This document shows, piece after piece, positions 49,011 through 62,150 of a stretch of 64,000 bases of DNA (the first letter of the stretch is position 1; each line of letters starts with the position of its first letter). The position numbers were made by a program, and so were the translations under genes. A model generated the notes under the pieces. That model was given only the letters and a program-made list of their open reading frames with translations, was not told the origin of the DNA and did no database searches. The stretch comes from the human T2T-CHM13v2.0 reference genome, Homo sapiens. The stretch lies in assembly GCF_009914755.1 (NCBI RefSeq), contig NC_060943.1, one strand, 5' to 3'.

Positions 49011-50209
49011 GTGCCAGAGGAGTGTAACTGAGGCTGGAGTATGAGCTGAGTGATTAGAAACGGCTTCAAGGACCAGGAGACGTTTGAACCAGCAAAGGCT
49101 TTGCTGGACAAGCAGAGAGGGAAGTGAGGAGAGACACATTCCAAGGGGAGGCCCAGCGCAAGCGGCAGAGAGAAGGCACCCAGCCGGTAAAAGGATTGGT
49201 AAGTTGTTCCCTTTGTCCAGATCATGGGCTGCATGATCAACCCTGGAAAATGAGATGGGAAAATAGGGTGAGCTGGGACTCCCATGGGCTCAGATGTGCC
49301 ACTGTGGAGTATGAGCTTCATTCTGTCAGTGGTGAGGATGGTGTGATTTGGAGAAGCAGTTGAGCGGGGAATAAGGGATTGGATGACAGATTCGGACGAA
49401 GACTGTCTGGGGAAGGTGGGCCGCCCCGGCTGCCACCTCTGGAGTGGGCATTTTCACCATGTGATCCAACAGTGCTGTGGTGACCTGTGTCCTCTCCATG
49501 CTAGGCTCCAGGCTGGGTGCTCACAGAGTGCCTGTATGGCTGGCAGGTATGGCGCAGCTCCTGGGCTCATGGACGAAGAGTCAGAATTGGTGGATACAAA
49601 GTTGCTACCCCCAGGCAGGCCAGAGATGCTGATCAAAAGTGCTCAGGTGGATGGGAGGTCATTTGAACTGACCCTGGAGGGGCATATCCCACTCTCCCCA
49701 CAGCCAGGTGGGCTCCAGGTGGCTCCTGAGTGGCGTGCCATGAGCTTATTATAGGGTTGGAGTCACCCTCCTTGTCTGGGGGTGGCTGAGACCAGCATGG
49801 ACAACCCCAAAACACAGCTTAAGAGTAAAATAACTAACAGAACTTTAGAATTAAATTACATTTACTCTCACATTTCATTTGCCCACATGACATCAAATGA
49901 CCACGCTGTCTCTTTTCTCTCCATGTAAAGTGGCCCCCTGTGGGGATAGCCCAGATGTGTGGCTATGGTGAGGACAAGTTGTGGAAAGGCAGCCTAGGCT
50001 CTGAGTCCCAGGTCGGCCTCCTCACTGTGCCCGAATCCCCTGTCCCCCTCACCCGGACTGCCAGGCGGCACTGGTTTCCACAGCATCCATGCTCCCAGAA
50101 GAACTGGAGGTTGACTTTAGGAACTTCAAACTCAAGCTTCCCATATTCACACATCCCCGTTTCTGAGCTGCTTTCTCTTCAAAAACATATTTCTTACTTT
50201 GAGGTGTGA

Positions 50210-51015
50210 GGTCTTTGTAAAGTGTATTCTGAGAAATATGAATTCCACAGGTCATTAATAGGTGTTCCTTTAAAATAATGATTCACATTTGCTATAAACT
50301 GAATGCTTCCATCTCCTCAAAATTCATATGCTGAAATGTTAACCTCCCAGGTAATGGTATTAGGGGGTAGGTGTTTTGTGAGGTGATTAGGTTACGAGGG
50401 TGGAACCTTCATAAAAGGATCAGTGCCTTAGGAGAAGAGACATGAAAGAGATCACTTCCTGTCTCTGCCCTCTGCCATGCGAGGAAACAGGAAGATGGCT
50501 GTCTGCAAACCCGGAAGCGGCTCCTCACTGGACACCTTGAATCTTGGACTTCTTTACCTCCAGAAACATGAGAAATCACTGTTTGTTGTTTAAGCCAACT
50601 TGTCTATGGTATCTTGTTACAGCAGCTCGAACTAAGATAAAATTTAGACAGCTTTAAGAAATGATGTGTGGAGCAAAATCAAATGGGTTTCTTTACTACT
50701 GGACATGTCAGAGCCTTCCATGTGGGGCCTGGCACCAAGTGAAAACACAGGACCTGTGTTCAGAAAGTATAAAGAATTGCAAGACCACAGAACGTGACAC
50801 TAGGCGCAGAGCCCTCCTGAGTTGGAGCCCGAGAGCCCACACACATCTCACCCCTGTGCAGCCAGCCCTGCAGGATAAGCCAAAGTTGCCGTGCACACCT
50901 GCATGTGCAGTGCATGCTCCAAGAATAGAAAAGAGGCACCAGACCGAGGTCACAACGTGTTCCTAACATATTCAACCACTGATTGACAGCTCTGCAGAAC
51001 ACACTTAGGGAAATC
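50210..51015. mobile_element. MER112-like MITE in pieces (about 50210-50289, 50640-50725, 50955-51015), split by the MLT1A LTR
   Basis: ttaataggtgttcc; ggtttctttactactggacatgtcagagcctt; gcagaacacacttagggaaatcctg. Confidence 0.45.
50290..50639 (+). mobile_element. MaLR solo LTR (MLT1A-like)
   Basis: tgctataaactgaatg...caaaattcatatgctgaaa...ttgtttaagcca...gttacagcagctcgaactaagata; TSD acatt/aaatt. Confidence 0.88.
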
Positions 51016-51804
51016 CTGCTTACAACTGAGTTCTCATTTTCCTCTAATTTCCAAGCTCCAATACTCAGACATACAGGGAAAATGAGTAGTTTCCAAGAAC
51101 CCCACGGGACAGTTGTACATAGAAAGGGAAGACCCTTTTCATCTGCTAGATCTTTTTTGTCTCATAACTGGGTTAGTGTTTTTTATTTGGGGATTTTTCT
51201 GGAAAGTGAGGTCCACTGATAATTTCTGCTCATTCCTTATTTTCTTCCATTCTTTTAAATAAAGCCCAGCATCTCTGAACTACGAAAACAAATTCCAGGC
51301 AACAGTAGCAGGCAATTTACAGTGATAGATGAATATAACAAAAAATAGCACGCTTCAGCTGGGGATGGTGGGCAGTGTTTGTTCTTAGAATGCCAGCTCT
51401 GTTAAAGAGCTGTCGGGCCTCTCCACCTTACTCTGCCCATGCAAGAGGCCCCGTGACACCCCTAGGCCACTGGCTTCCCTGATTCTCTTTTCTCTGGTTA
51501 TTTATGCCTGGGGAGGGAGTGGGGGTAGGAGATGAGGGACACAAGCCTTAGCACTGAGTCACTTAAAAGTGGGTGGAGTCAAGGCTGTTCCATTAACTCC
51601 CACTTTCCTCAGTGCCCTGCTTGGCTGGAGGGACCCCACCCACACTATCTCCAGCTGCTCTGACTCAGAACTGCCAGGTCCGTGCCACTGTCATTTCTGG
51701 CCTCCCACTCTGTGCTCCTCCAGGCCTCAGAGTTAGCTCGTGCTCCGCTCCTTTCTACCCCATCCTCCTTCCCCACTGTCTTTGTTAGGGTGCCCACCTC
51801 CTGA

Positions 51805-52115
<311 letters not shown>

Positions 52116-52904
52116 AGGAAGTCTACTGTTTAGCTGGGAGCAGGCCGCATGCTGGTCTGGGCAGGCCAGCTCTTTGCATCTGGAGCTCACAACTCTGTTT
52201 ACCACAGACACGCACTGTGCACCTACTGAATGTACGTGCTGTACACTTATTGAGGGCCCCTGCATGCAAGGGCCCTGAGGACAATTTCTCACGAGGCTTG
52301 CAGCTCCTGCCCTTGAAAAGCCCAACTCTGGTAGGAGACAGGAGGCTAAAACTAACATGCGGAGCATCCCACACCCTACTCTGGCTTAGCCCCTCCCAGG
52401 AATGTCCGTCATCTGCTGTTTACAACTTCAACTCCTCAGGGGGCCCTTTTAAGGCCCCTCAGCATCTGGCCTGATCTCTACCTCGCCTGTCCCTGCCCCT
52501 CCTTACCCCTAAGCTTGCAAGTTCCACCCTTCATGTGGGCACTCAGCAGAGCATCCCGCCTCCCCAGCCTCTCCCTGGGTGTTCTTCCCTCTCCTCCTGC
52601 CTGGAGGACACCCTCTCCCCTTCCAAGGTGCACTTCAAGCATTCACTTCTCTAGGCAGCTTTTCACCGTCCCCACCTCCCCACCAGGTGAGGGTAACAGC
52701 TCCTCCCACCTCAGTGCCTCTGCTGGACCGACACAGGTCTCTAACACAGACCCAGCCAATGCCTCCCTGGCAGAAGTCTGTCTCTCCCGCCAGGCCACGA
52801 GCAACTGAAGGCAAGAGGGGTCTGTTCATGTTTCTTTCCCAAAGCCAGGGCCTGGTGGTGGCTACTCAATACATCAGTGATGCTCTGCATTAATAGCACA
52901 GATC

Positions 52905-53128
52905 CAGAGGAAGAAGAGAAGTGGGTTAAAGGGTGCAAACATACGGTAAGACAAAAGGAATAAGTTCAGTGTCTGATAGCAGGGTGGGGTGATGATACTT
53001 AACCAAAATGTATTGTACTCAGGCGATGAATATCCTGAATACCCCAATTCTATCACCACACACTATATACATGTAACCCATTTTCTCATGGGTTTTTCAT
53101 AAATCTGCACTTTTTAAAAAAGGAAATA
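52905..53128 (+). mobile_element. L1MA 3' UTR fragment
   Basis: gttaaagggtgcaaacatacggtaagacaaaaggaataagttc...cactatatacatgtaac. Confidence 0.7.
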
Positions 53129-53133
53129 AGCAG

Positions 53134-53488
53134 TGTATTAATCTGTTCTCATGCTGCTAATAAAGACATTCCAGAGACTGGGTAATGTATAAAGAAAGAG
53201 TTTCAACAGACTTACAGTTCCACATGGCTGGGGAGGCCTCACAATCATGGCAGAAGGTGAATGAGGAGCAAAGGCACATCTTACATGGTGGCAGGCAAGA
53301 GAGCATGTGCAGGGGAACTCCCCTTTATAAAACCATCAGATCTCATGAGACTTATTCACTACCACAAGAACAGAATGGGGGAAACTGTCCCCATGATTCA
53401 GTTATCTCCACCTGGCCCCGCTCTTGACATATGGGGATTATTACAATTCAAGGTAAGATTTGGGTGGGGACACAGCCAAACCATACCA
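53134..53488 (-). mobile_element. THE1 (THE1C-like) MaLR solo LTR
   Basis: tgtattaatctgttctcatgctgct...gatttgggtggggacacagccaaaccatacca; perfect 5-bp TSD AGCAG at 53129-53133 and 53489-53493. Confidence 0.95.
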
Positions 53489-54904
53489 AGCAGGTATGTG
53501 CAAAAAAAAAAAATAGCGCAGATCCAAGCACCTCGGTCACAAGCCCTGGTCCCAAGGGGCAGGAGTGACTTTTCCAAGCTGGACCCCACCAAGGCAAGTG
53601 GCAGCTATGACCCTCTTTTTCCTCACTCTCATGCCCTCTACACTCTCAACTCTGCCTCTCCCTTCCTAGCTCAGCTTTCATGATGATAATCTCAGAGTCC
53701 ACAGCACTGTGTTAGAAGACAGAGAAGAGAAAAAGAAGCTCACAGTCTTAAGGGTGACAGCCCTAAAATATTGAGTTAGAAATTGCCTGGGGACTCGACT
53801 TCACAGTCATGGCAAAGTAGATGCAAATACATATTCAAATTCAATGCAAATTCACTGGCAAATTTCCTCCCTCCTCCCCAGGACCCAGTGAGGCTGGCAG
53901 GGCTTGGATGGGCGATGCTTGCATGGCAGGGCCTCCCTCCTCCTCTTAGTGCCCTCCATGGTACCCAGAGCTGAGTTCCAGGCAGTAAGAGGCTGCAAAG
54001 AACCAGTCCCAGAGGAGGGCTTCTTCTCAGGGACATCCTTCTGGAGGCATTGCCATTGTGAGGCCTTTTGGGATGGGCCCATGAGGGACAAGCTTCCTGC
54101 AGGAAGGAGATAGGCCCTGTGTGCATTCTGTATGGGAAGAGAGGAGCCAGGAGAGCAACCGGAAGGAAGCCCTGTCACCATGCAGCCTGAGTGCTCACTG
54201 CAGGGAGGAGAAGCTGCAGGGCACATCTCAGGGGACAGAAGAGAGGCTGGTGGTGCAGAAACTCAGGAGTCTGAGAAAGCCAGACTGGTTGTAGGTGGTG
54301 GAGAGGAAGGAAGGGAGGCAGAGCAAGTTCAGGTTTACTTAGGGCTCCTCCTGAGCTCTCTGGGGACGTCCAAGAGGCCTGGAGCTCACTGAGGCTGGGA
54401 GAGGCTAACCTTAGCCTTGGGTCACGCACAGGCATAGATGACATTACTCCAGGTGGTCCTTCCTGTCCTGGAGGCCACATGTCCCAGAGCCACAGACTTC
54501 TTGTTTGGGAAGAGGTGGACATGAAATTTCTGCTTTGGCAGAGAGCCCAAGATGAGGAGATGCCATCATTCCGACAGCCTGGCAGGCACCTTGTCCTTTC
54601 CTGCTGACTTGGCATGGCAGGGTTGCTCCTCCAGCCACAGCAGAGCCTGGCCACCAGCAACAGGGCTCCCTAGGGAGGCACATGCTTGACTCACTTCTGT
54701 GACCTCTGCACCAGTGGATTGCATGGGGACAGGCTTGCTTCAGCACCTGGGAGAGCTCCCTGCGTAGGTTAGTGGCAGTGAGGGTGAGAGCATGCTAAAT
54801 CCAAGATGGCCCTGGGGAAACAGAGCCAAGCTGGACCACAGAGGGAACTCCCTGATTAAGAGTGCAGCCTCCACCCAGCGTTCTTAACAGTGTAAGATAC
54901 ACGT

Positions 54905-55055
54905 AATCATGACTTACTGAGCACCGGCTACATGCTGGGCATTGTGCACACATCATCTCTAACCATTGCTACAGCCCTCAACTTGTTCCCATTTCAAAAG
55001 CAAAGAAACCAAAGCTCAGAGTGGTTAAGTGACCTGCCTAAGGTCACACAGCAAA
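54905..55055 (-). mobile_element. MIR SINE
   Basis: ttactgagcacc...aagaaaccaaagctcagagtggttaagtgacctgcctaaggtcacacagc. Confidence 0.8.
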
Positions 55056-55489
55056 CATTCCACAGAACTACCCAAAGGTGGTTGTTGGGAAATATGGGGG
55101 TCCTCCTTGTCCTTCCTCTCACAATGGTTTATAGATCTGCCCTGAGTGTGGTTTTGGTGCCTTCTTTGGAAATCCATGGGAAAGAAAAGTTTCTCCATGG
55201 GGACAAAAAGTTTCCCACAGCTGGGCATGATGACCATGACTTTAGAAGATTACTGCAGGGACTCATTAAAGGACAATATTCTTGTCAGGATGCAATTAAA
55301 GTCCTTCCCCCTTCCATGTTTATGGAAAGAAGGAATGGGCAGAATGGCATCTGGTGAATTCGGAGCCTTGTCGGAATGCATCACTAAGCTCACGGTGGCA
55401 CCTCGGCCCTCTGCTGGCCTCACACCCCCTCCAGGTGCCTGCCCATCATACAGTCCAGCCTGTCTTTGAGGCTAAGAGAAGATGATTGT

Positions 55490-55965
55490 CATCTCCAGCT
55501 GCCCCACAAATCCAGCTCTTCTGGAAACAGGTTTTCTGATGAAGAATGCCCCTCCCAATTCCCAGCCCACACGGCTCAAGAAGTCTGACTTCACTGTGGA
55601 CTCCACAGCAGGCACCTGGCCAGGCATGACATCCCCTGCTGAAGGTCACTGGCTTGGCATGGACAGGCAGCCCAAGCAGGCAGTCAGAGCCACTGGGCTT
55701 CAGCTCTTAGACCACCGTTAGGAGCGGGAGCCAGTTTTCCCTGAGGCTCCTGGCTGAGGACCACTGAGGGATGCCTGAGGAGCAGACAGCATGAAGGAGG
55801 GCAGAACCGTCGTGGGATCCTGGTGACACTGTTCGCATCTGCATCTGGCCATCCCAAGCCACAAATCCTGGACTTTCCCATTGATGTAAACCAATAAAAT
55901 CTCCTTGCCTGAGCTACAGGAGGTTCTGTTTCTTTCAAATGCAGACAAAATATTTTGACAAATTA
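55490..55965 (+). mobile_element. Old MaLR LTR (MLT1J/K-like)
   Basis: cctggtgacactgtt...cctggactttccca...gtaaaccaataaaatctccttgcctgagcta. Confidence 0.55.
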
Positions 55966-56789
55966 CCTCTCCAGGCAATTGCTTCTGGTGTTTTTTTTTT
56001 CCACTCTAAATTCAACTTTCTAGGCTACCTAAGTCCTGCTGCCCCATAGCAGATCTCCTAACGTCTCCATTATCTGACCTGTTACCAGGACATCTGGGTC
56101 TCCTTCTGTAGGACTTGTTCCCCAGCCTGAGACTTGATGCCTGTCTCCCCATGTTAAGCCCAGTGCCCGTCATAGCAGGTGCACAAAAGTGGTTTAAACT
56201 TGTGCCTCCTAAACCTGCACCCCCCACCTCAACATCTAAAGCAGCATATGAAGGTCAATAATTGTGTACTCATCTTTGGAGGAATGAGACCCCCTCCAGC
56301 CCCAGCTGGTCTCACCTTCACACCTCCACATGACCTCAGAAAAAGATGCTGGCATCTAAGCATGTTACACAGGGCACCTGGCTTGACCTCTCTTTGTCAA
56401 CAGAATCAGGGTGCATCTCAGAAGACCTGTAGAGGAAGACTCCCTTCAAAAGCCCAGAGCATATGGGCTGAAGGTCACTTATCTTCCATCTGTGATGCCC
56501 CACATTTCCCCTGGGGCTTTGCCATCCATTGGCATTGTCATTCTCTCTAATTAGGTAAGTCGAGAGAGTTGGGGAAGGGGGAGAGGAGGAAAGAGAGGAG
56601 AGAGAACTGGAGAATGCGCATTCCTAAAGATCCATGCACAACACATTTGGAGTTGCCAATTCATGGCACATTTTGTAAATTTCCATTACAAAGGACAGAA
56701 TTGTATCCCATTCCAATAGAATGCAAATGAATTCCTTTGTGTGTATATTCAATTTAAAGAAAAATATATAAATAACTGTACAGGTGGTG

Positions 56790-56945
56790 GAATGATTATG
56801 ATGAATAGAGGAGCCTGGATCCTGAGATCCACAAACAACCATCATTATCTTCTTGAGTGACCTGAGGTGAGTAACTTAACCTCTGTGAACCTCGGTTTAT
56901 TTGTCTGTAAAGCAAGAATGATGCACCTGCCCCACCCTTCTGAAC
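56790..56945 (+). mobile_element. MIR SINE
   Basis: gtgacctgaggtgagtaacttaacctctgtgaacctcggtttatttgtctgtaaa. Confidence 0.75.
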
Positions 56946-57349
56946 TAACAGAATGACCGAGGCTCTGAGCAGCCAGGGGTGCTGTGAGATGATTTATGAG
57001 CCTTGACCTTGGGCTGCTACTGGAAAATCAAGGCTCCACCACTGCAGTGGGGCTCTTACTAACAAGGCTTGGTAGCCTATTTTGGAGTCTGTCCCAAAAG
57101 ACTGAAATAAATTAACTTCATGAGGGATTTTTTCCCCCAAAATAGCTATAATCTATACCATCAGTCATGACAGAGCACAAAAATTCAACTGCCTACAGGG
57201 CTCAGTGGTCCCATAAGTTATGGAAAAAGGCAAGGTATAAAGCAATAGGGAAGGGTGAAGACTGTGGCAAACTGTTGAATCCATGCCCTTGCCCCATCTT
57301 AGGGGCCACCAAGCTCTACTAGCAGGCTGTCGCATGGGGCTAAGACTCA

Positions 57350-57530
57350 AGATTGACAGAAATTCCCATTTTTTTAGTAGAAACCAGAAGGGTTGATTTT
57401 TACATGAAATCTCCTCTGGTTAATTTTTTTTTAATTTGACGACTCAATGTTAAAACTTTTGTAACACTTTGTGAGAGCCAAAACAATGTATCTAGGAGCT
57501 AGATTTCACCCACAGCCCACCAAACTCTGT
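57350..57530 (-). mobile_element. MER102-like fragment
   Basis: gatttttacatgaaatctcc...aacactttgtgagagccaaaacaatgtatct...cagcccacca. Confidence 0.55.
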
Positions 57531-57893
57531 TTAGCAATATTGCAATCTTCCTGTTTTGATTCCATTTTTCAAGTGTGTAGGTTATGTTGACTTTATGTCA
57601 AAAATAAAAGCAAGTAACCCAGCAAATGCCCTCAATTTGAACAGGGGTTTCTTCTGTCACCCTGCACCTGCACACAATGAATCCACATGGGGAAGGCAGT
57701 GGCGTTCACTCTCTTCTAGCCCAGTCATCATGGCAGGCTGTGCTGTTCCTGCACCTCACTCTCTCCACCCAACTCTGCTGGACCACTTGGGCCTCCCAGC
57801 AGAGATCCCTGAAGATGAGAAGGAGCCCTGGAATATAGTTTATATGTTGTCCCAAGGTAAAACTGGATGTTTCTGTCCATTTTTGTTTCCTGA

Positions 57894-58423
<530 letters not shown>

Positions 58424-59141
58424 GTCCCTTTCATTTCAAAGGGGTGGGTCCCTTCTCTCTTTTTCCTGGACTCTTTATTGTACTCTGGCCACAAACACTA
58501 TTTGCTCAGCATCTCTGGAGGGCAGGAAAGCCTCTTTAGAAGTTAATTGGGTGAACATTCAGATTGAGGGGCATGCTAATAATCAGAGCATAGTAAGGGG
58601 ATTATGTGTTAGATTTCTAGATAACAGTGTTTTACCCCCCTTTTTATGTGTCAGCAACAATAAATCGTCTTTGGAAACAAAATAAAAACCAAACCCTTGA
58701 CAAACATGCAAACACCTGGATGCAGAACTACTAAAGCTGATGACTCTTCGTGAAGTCCATAGCACTAGGTAGCCAGTTTCCTGAGGGCAGCATCGCACAC
58801 CTGCCTTGACAGGGCCAGTGTGCTCACTGCCCAGCACAGTCCAGACCCTGCCCACCAAGGACAGGGACTCAGCGCCAGAGAAACAAATGATTCGATGGAG
58901 TTGTAGGAGGATTTCCAAGACCACCATGCCCAGCTTACCTGTATCCCTACAGATTAATGACCATTTTAGGGAAGTGTTTGAATGAAGGAAGAAGGAATAT
59001 AATTAAATAAACGTCTGTGAAATTAGATTTTTATTTAATAAAATAAGGCATCAGAGATATATGAGATGTCTCATATATCTATAAAATATATATGTAAGCT
59101 TTATATAACATATTATGTATTTACACAAAAAGTAAAATAAA

Positions 59142-59145
<4 letters not shown>

Positions 59146-59181
<36 letters not shown>
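59146..59181. repeat. (CA)n(TA)n microsatellite
   Basis: Direct reading. Confidence 0.93.
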
Positions 59182-59182
<1 letters not shown>

Positions 59183-59274
59183 GGCAAGATTTTTTTCATC
59201 TGTCAGATAGGCCACAATTAAGGGGTCTGCCGAGACCCTGTGTTGGAGAGGGTGGGGGACCCAGGCGTGGTCTC

Positions 59275-59648
59275 TGCAGAGGACAGCAGTCACCAGGATT
59301 GCTCACTCATCCTTGGGACACGTGGCAGGATGGCACAGATCCATTCCATGTGATTCCTTTCACCAATCAAATACAAAGGTGTCACTTCCAAGCAAAAAGT
59401 GGGAGACACAGTCCATGATTCAGTACATTCCCTTTTAGGGTCCCTGTGCTGTGAATCTCATAATTGCTCCAGATTGTGGCTGTGCTGTCCTCCTGGGTCT
59501 CAGAGGGGGGACGATGCAGAATTGAGTCCCTCCCCAGGATCCAAGACAGATACGAATGTTAGAAAGAAATAACCCTTTGTTATTTTGAACCAGGACGATG
59601 TGGTGCTGCTTATGACCCACTGCGTCAACAAGCTTATTCTGACTGGCA
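59275..59648 (+). mobile_element. Old MaLR LTR (MLT1I/J-like)
   Basis: ggtgtcacttccaagc...ctccagattgtggctg...cctgggtctcagag...aagaaataaccctttgttattttgaacca...ttattctgact. Confidence 0.6.
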
Positions 59649-59733
59649 GGAAGAGCTATTTGGCAACATCTACAGGAATTTAGAATGTTAATACCTAAGA
59701 CTATGTAATTGCATTTTTATGATTTTTACACAA

Positions 59734-60207
59734 TTTCTTTTTTTTTAATTTTACTTTAAGTTCTGGGATACATGTGCAGAACGTGCAGGTTTGTTATATG
59801 GGTATACATGTGCCATTGTGGTTTGCTGCACCTATCAACCCATCATCTAGGTTTTAAGCCCCGCATGCATTAGGTATTTGTCCTAATGCTCTCCCTCCCC
59901 TTGCCCCCGAACTCCCAACAGACCCCGGTGTGTGATGTTCCTCTCCCTGTGTCCATGTGTTATTGTTCAACCCCGACTTATGAGTGAGAACACGTGGTGT
60001 CTGGTTTTCTGCTCCTGTGTTAGCTTACTGAGAATGATGACTTCCAGATTCATCCATGTCCCTACAGAGGACATGAATTCATTCTTTTTTATTGCTGCAT
60101 AGTATTCCATGATGCGTATGTGCCATTTACACCATGGTGTATGTGTGCCATTTACACATTTTCTTTATCCAGTCCATCACTGGTGGGCATTTGGGTTGGT
60201 TCCAAGT
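59734..60207 (-). mobile_element. L1PA8-like 3' end, 5'-truncated
   Basis: ctttaagttctgggatacatgtgcagaacgtgcagg...tctaggttttaagccccgcatgcattagg; ttttacacaa on both sides (59724-59733, 60217-60226). Confidence 0.92.
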
Positions 60208-60487
60208 TGCAATTTATTTTACACAACTTTACTTTTACACACGTGCAAAGTAGTACATGAGTGAGCACGTTCATGTTGTGTAGCAAACACTGGAAAGAAC
60301 CAAGAATATATCAACCAGATTCTCTGTCTGTTTTATGCTTTAATGATTAATAAATCATAAACCATCCAGACTGAGGAAGAGTAGACAGCCCATAAAGAGA
60401 ATAGAGCACATTCCTGTAAACTGAGAGGAAATGTTTCTCAAAACATTGCAAAGTAGAAAAGCAAGATGCAAAATAAGAATGTACCAT

Positions 60488-60980
60488 AATTTATGTGTGT
60501 CATCTTCAATTTCTTTTATTAATGCTTTATAGTTTCCAGCATACAGATTTTTCAACTCCTCAAATTCACTCCTAAGTGTTTTTTATGCTATTGTAACTGG
60601 ATTTTTAAAATTTCTTTTTTTGAATAGTTCATTGTTAGTGTGCAGAAACACTACTTTTTAAATATTAATTTTGTGGTGAGAGTGATCTTCTTTGTCTTGT
60701 CTCTGGTCTTAGAGAAAAAGCTTTCAGCTTTTCACCATTGAATATGATGTTAGCTGTGGGCTTGTCACATATGGCCTTTATTGTGTTGACATACAATCCT
60801 TCTAAACCTATTAGAGAGTTTTTATCATGAAAGAACCTTGAATTTTGTCAAATGCTTTCTCTGCATCCGTTAAGATGGTCATGTGTTTTGTGCCCTTCAT
60901 TCTGTTAATATAGTGTATTACACTTATTGATTTGTATGTGTTGAGACTTCCTTGCACCCAGGGGTAAATCCCACTTGATC
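60488..60980 (-). mobile_element. L1M ORF2 (RT region) fragment, inverted relative to the adjoining 3' end
   Basis: ORF 60811-61095 contains GIYPWVQG...[13 protein letters not shown]...[16 protein letters not shown]; ORF 60355-60555 starts MKNLYAGNYKALIKEIEDDT. Confidence 0.88.
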
Positions 60981-61438
60981 TTTTGCAACATAGGTGAACC
61001 TGGAAGACACTATGCCAAGTGAAATAAGTCAGGCACAGAAAGACAAATACTGCATGACCTGACTTATATGTGGAATCTAAAAAACTTGAACTCATAGAAG
61101 TACAGAGTAAAAATGGTGGCTACCAGAGACTGGGGTGGGAGAAATAGAAAAAGGGAAGATGTTGGTCATAGGATACAAGGTCTCAGAGAGACAGGAGGAA
61201 AGAGTTTTAGTGATCTATAGCACAGCAAGTGATGATAGTTAATAATAATGTACTGCATATTTCAAAATTGCTAAAAGAGTAGAATTTAAATGTTCACACC
61301 ACAGAAAATAAGTATGCGAGGTGATGAATGTGTTAAGTGACTTGATTTAATCATTCAATAATGCATACATATATCAAAACATCAGGTTGTACTCCATAAA
61401 TATATTCAATTATTATTTGCCAATTAAAAATAAAATAA
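60981..61438 (+). mobile_element. L1MA (L1MA7/8-like) ORF2 end and 3' UTR
   Basis: gaacctggaagacactatgccaagtgaaataagtcaggcacagaaagacaaatactg...ttcaaaattgctaaaagagtaga...caattaaaaataaaa. Confidence 0.88.
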
Positions 61439-61544
61439 TTTTTAAGAGGGAAATATTTGGAAAAAAGAAATTGCCCTGAAGTACTTCTTGCTCATTGACT
61501 GTTTTCAAGTCACAACGGAAGTTAAGCCACTTCATGCACTCATG

Positions 61545-61790
61545 AATCTGTTTGTCCATTCGTCCATCCATCCATTTGTCTGTCCATCTGTCTGTCCGTT
61601 CATCCATCTATTTTTCTGTCCATCTGTCTCTCCGTTCATCCATCCACTTGTCTGTCCATCTGTCCATCCATCCATTCATCCAACCATCCATCCGTCTCTC
61701 CATCTGTCTGTCCATTTGTCTGTCCATCTGTCTGTCCATTCATTTGTCCACCCATCTGTCCATTCATCCATCCATCCATCCATCCTCCTT
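61545..61790. repeat. Compound (TCCA)/(TCTG)n tetranucleotide tract
   Basis: Direct reading. Confidence 0.92.
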
Positions 61791-61964
61791 TCTTCCCTTC
61801 CTCCATTCAACCATGTCTCCATCTCTCTATTCATCCATTAAACATAATGAGATAAGTGTTGGATAGGTTACCAAAAAAGTGAACCCCATTCTGTGTTGGT
61901 TGTCTTCGAAGGTTGGCTGAGGGATGTCACCCAGAAACCAAGAGATACTTGGAGTAGGAGGTAA

Positions 61965-62150
61965 AAGTGTATGTGTTTGAGAGTCAGCCAGAGCTGTGAT
62001 ACAGCTGTGCTGCTTTCACAAAGAAGCTTGAGACCTTGGACAAGTTTCTTAACCTCTCTGAGCCTCCAATTCCTCATCTGTAAAATGTGCTTAACTAATC
62101 AGTGTAGTACAAAGACTCACATAGCCCACAACTGAAGTGAGGTTGCTTTT
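61965..62150 (+). mobile_element. MIR SINE
   Basis: gaccttggacaagtttcttaacctctctgagcctccaattcctcatctgtaaaatg. Confidence 0.85.

Noticed and set aside
61413-61866. S/I/H/P-rich ORFs (also ORFs at 62996-63368)
   Set aside because: They are translations of (TCCA)n and (CA/TG)n simple repeats.
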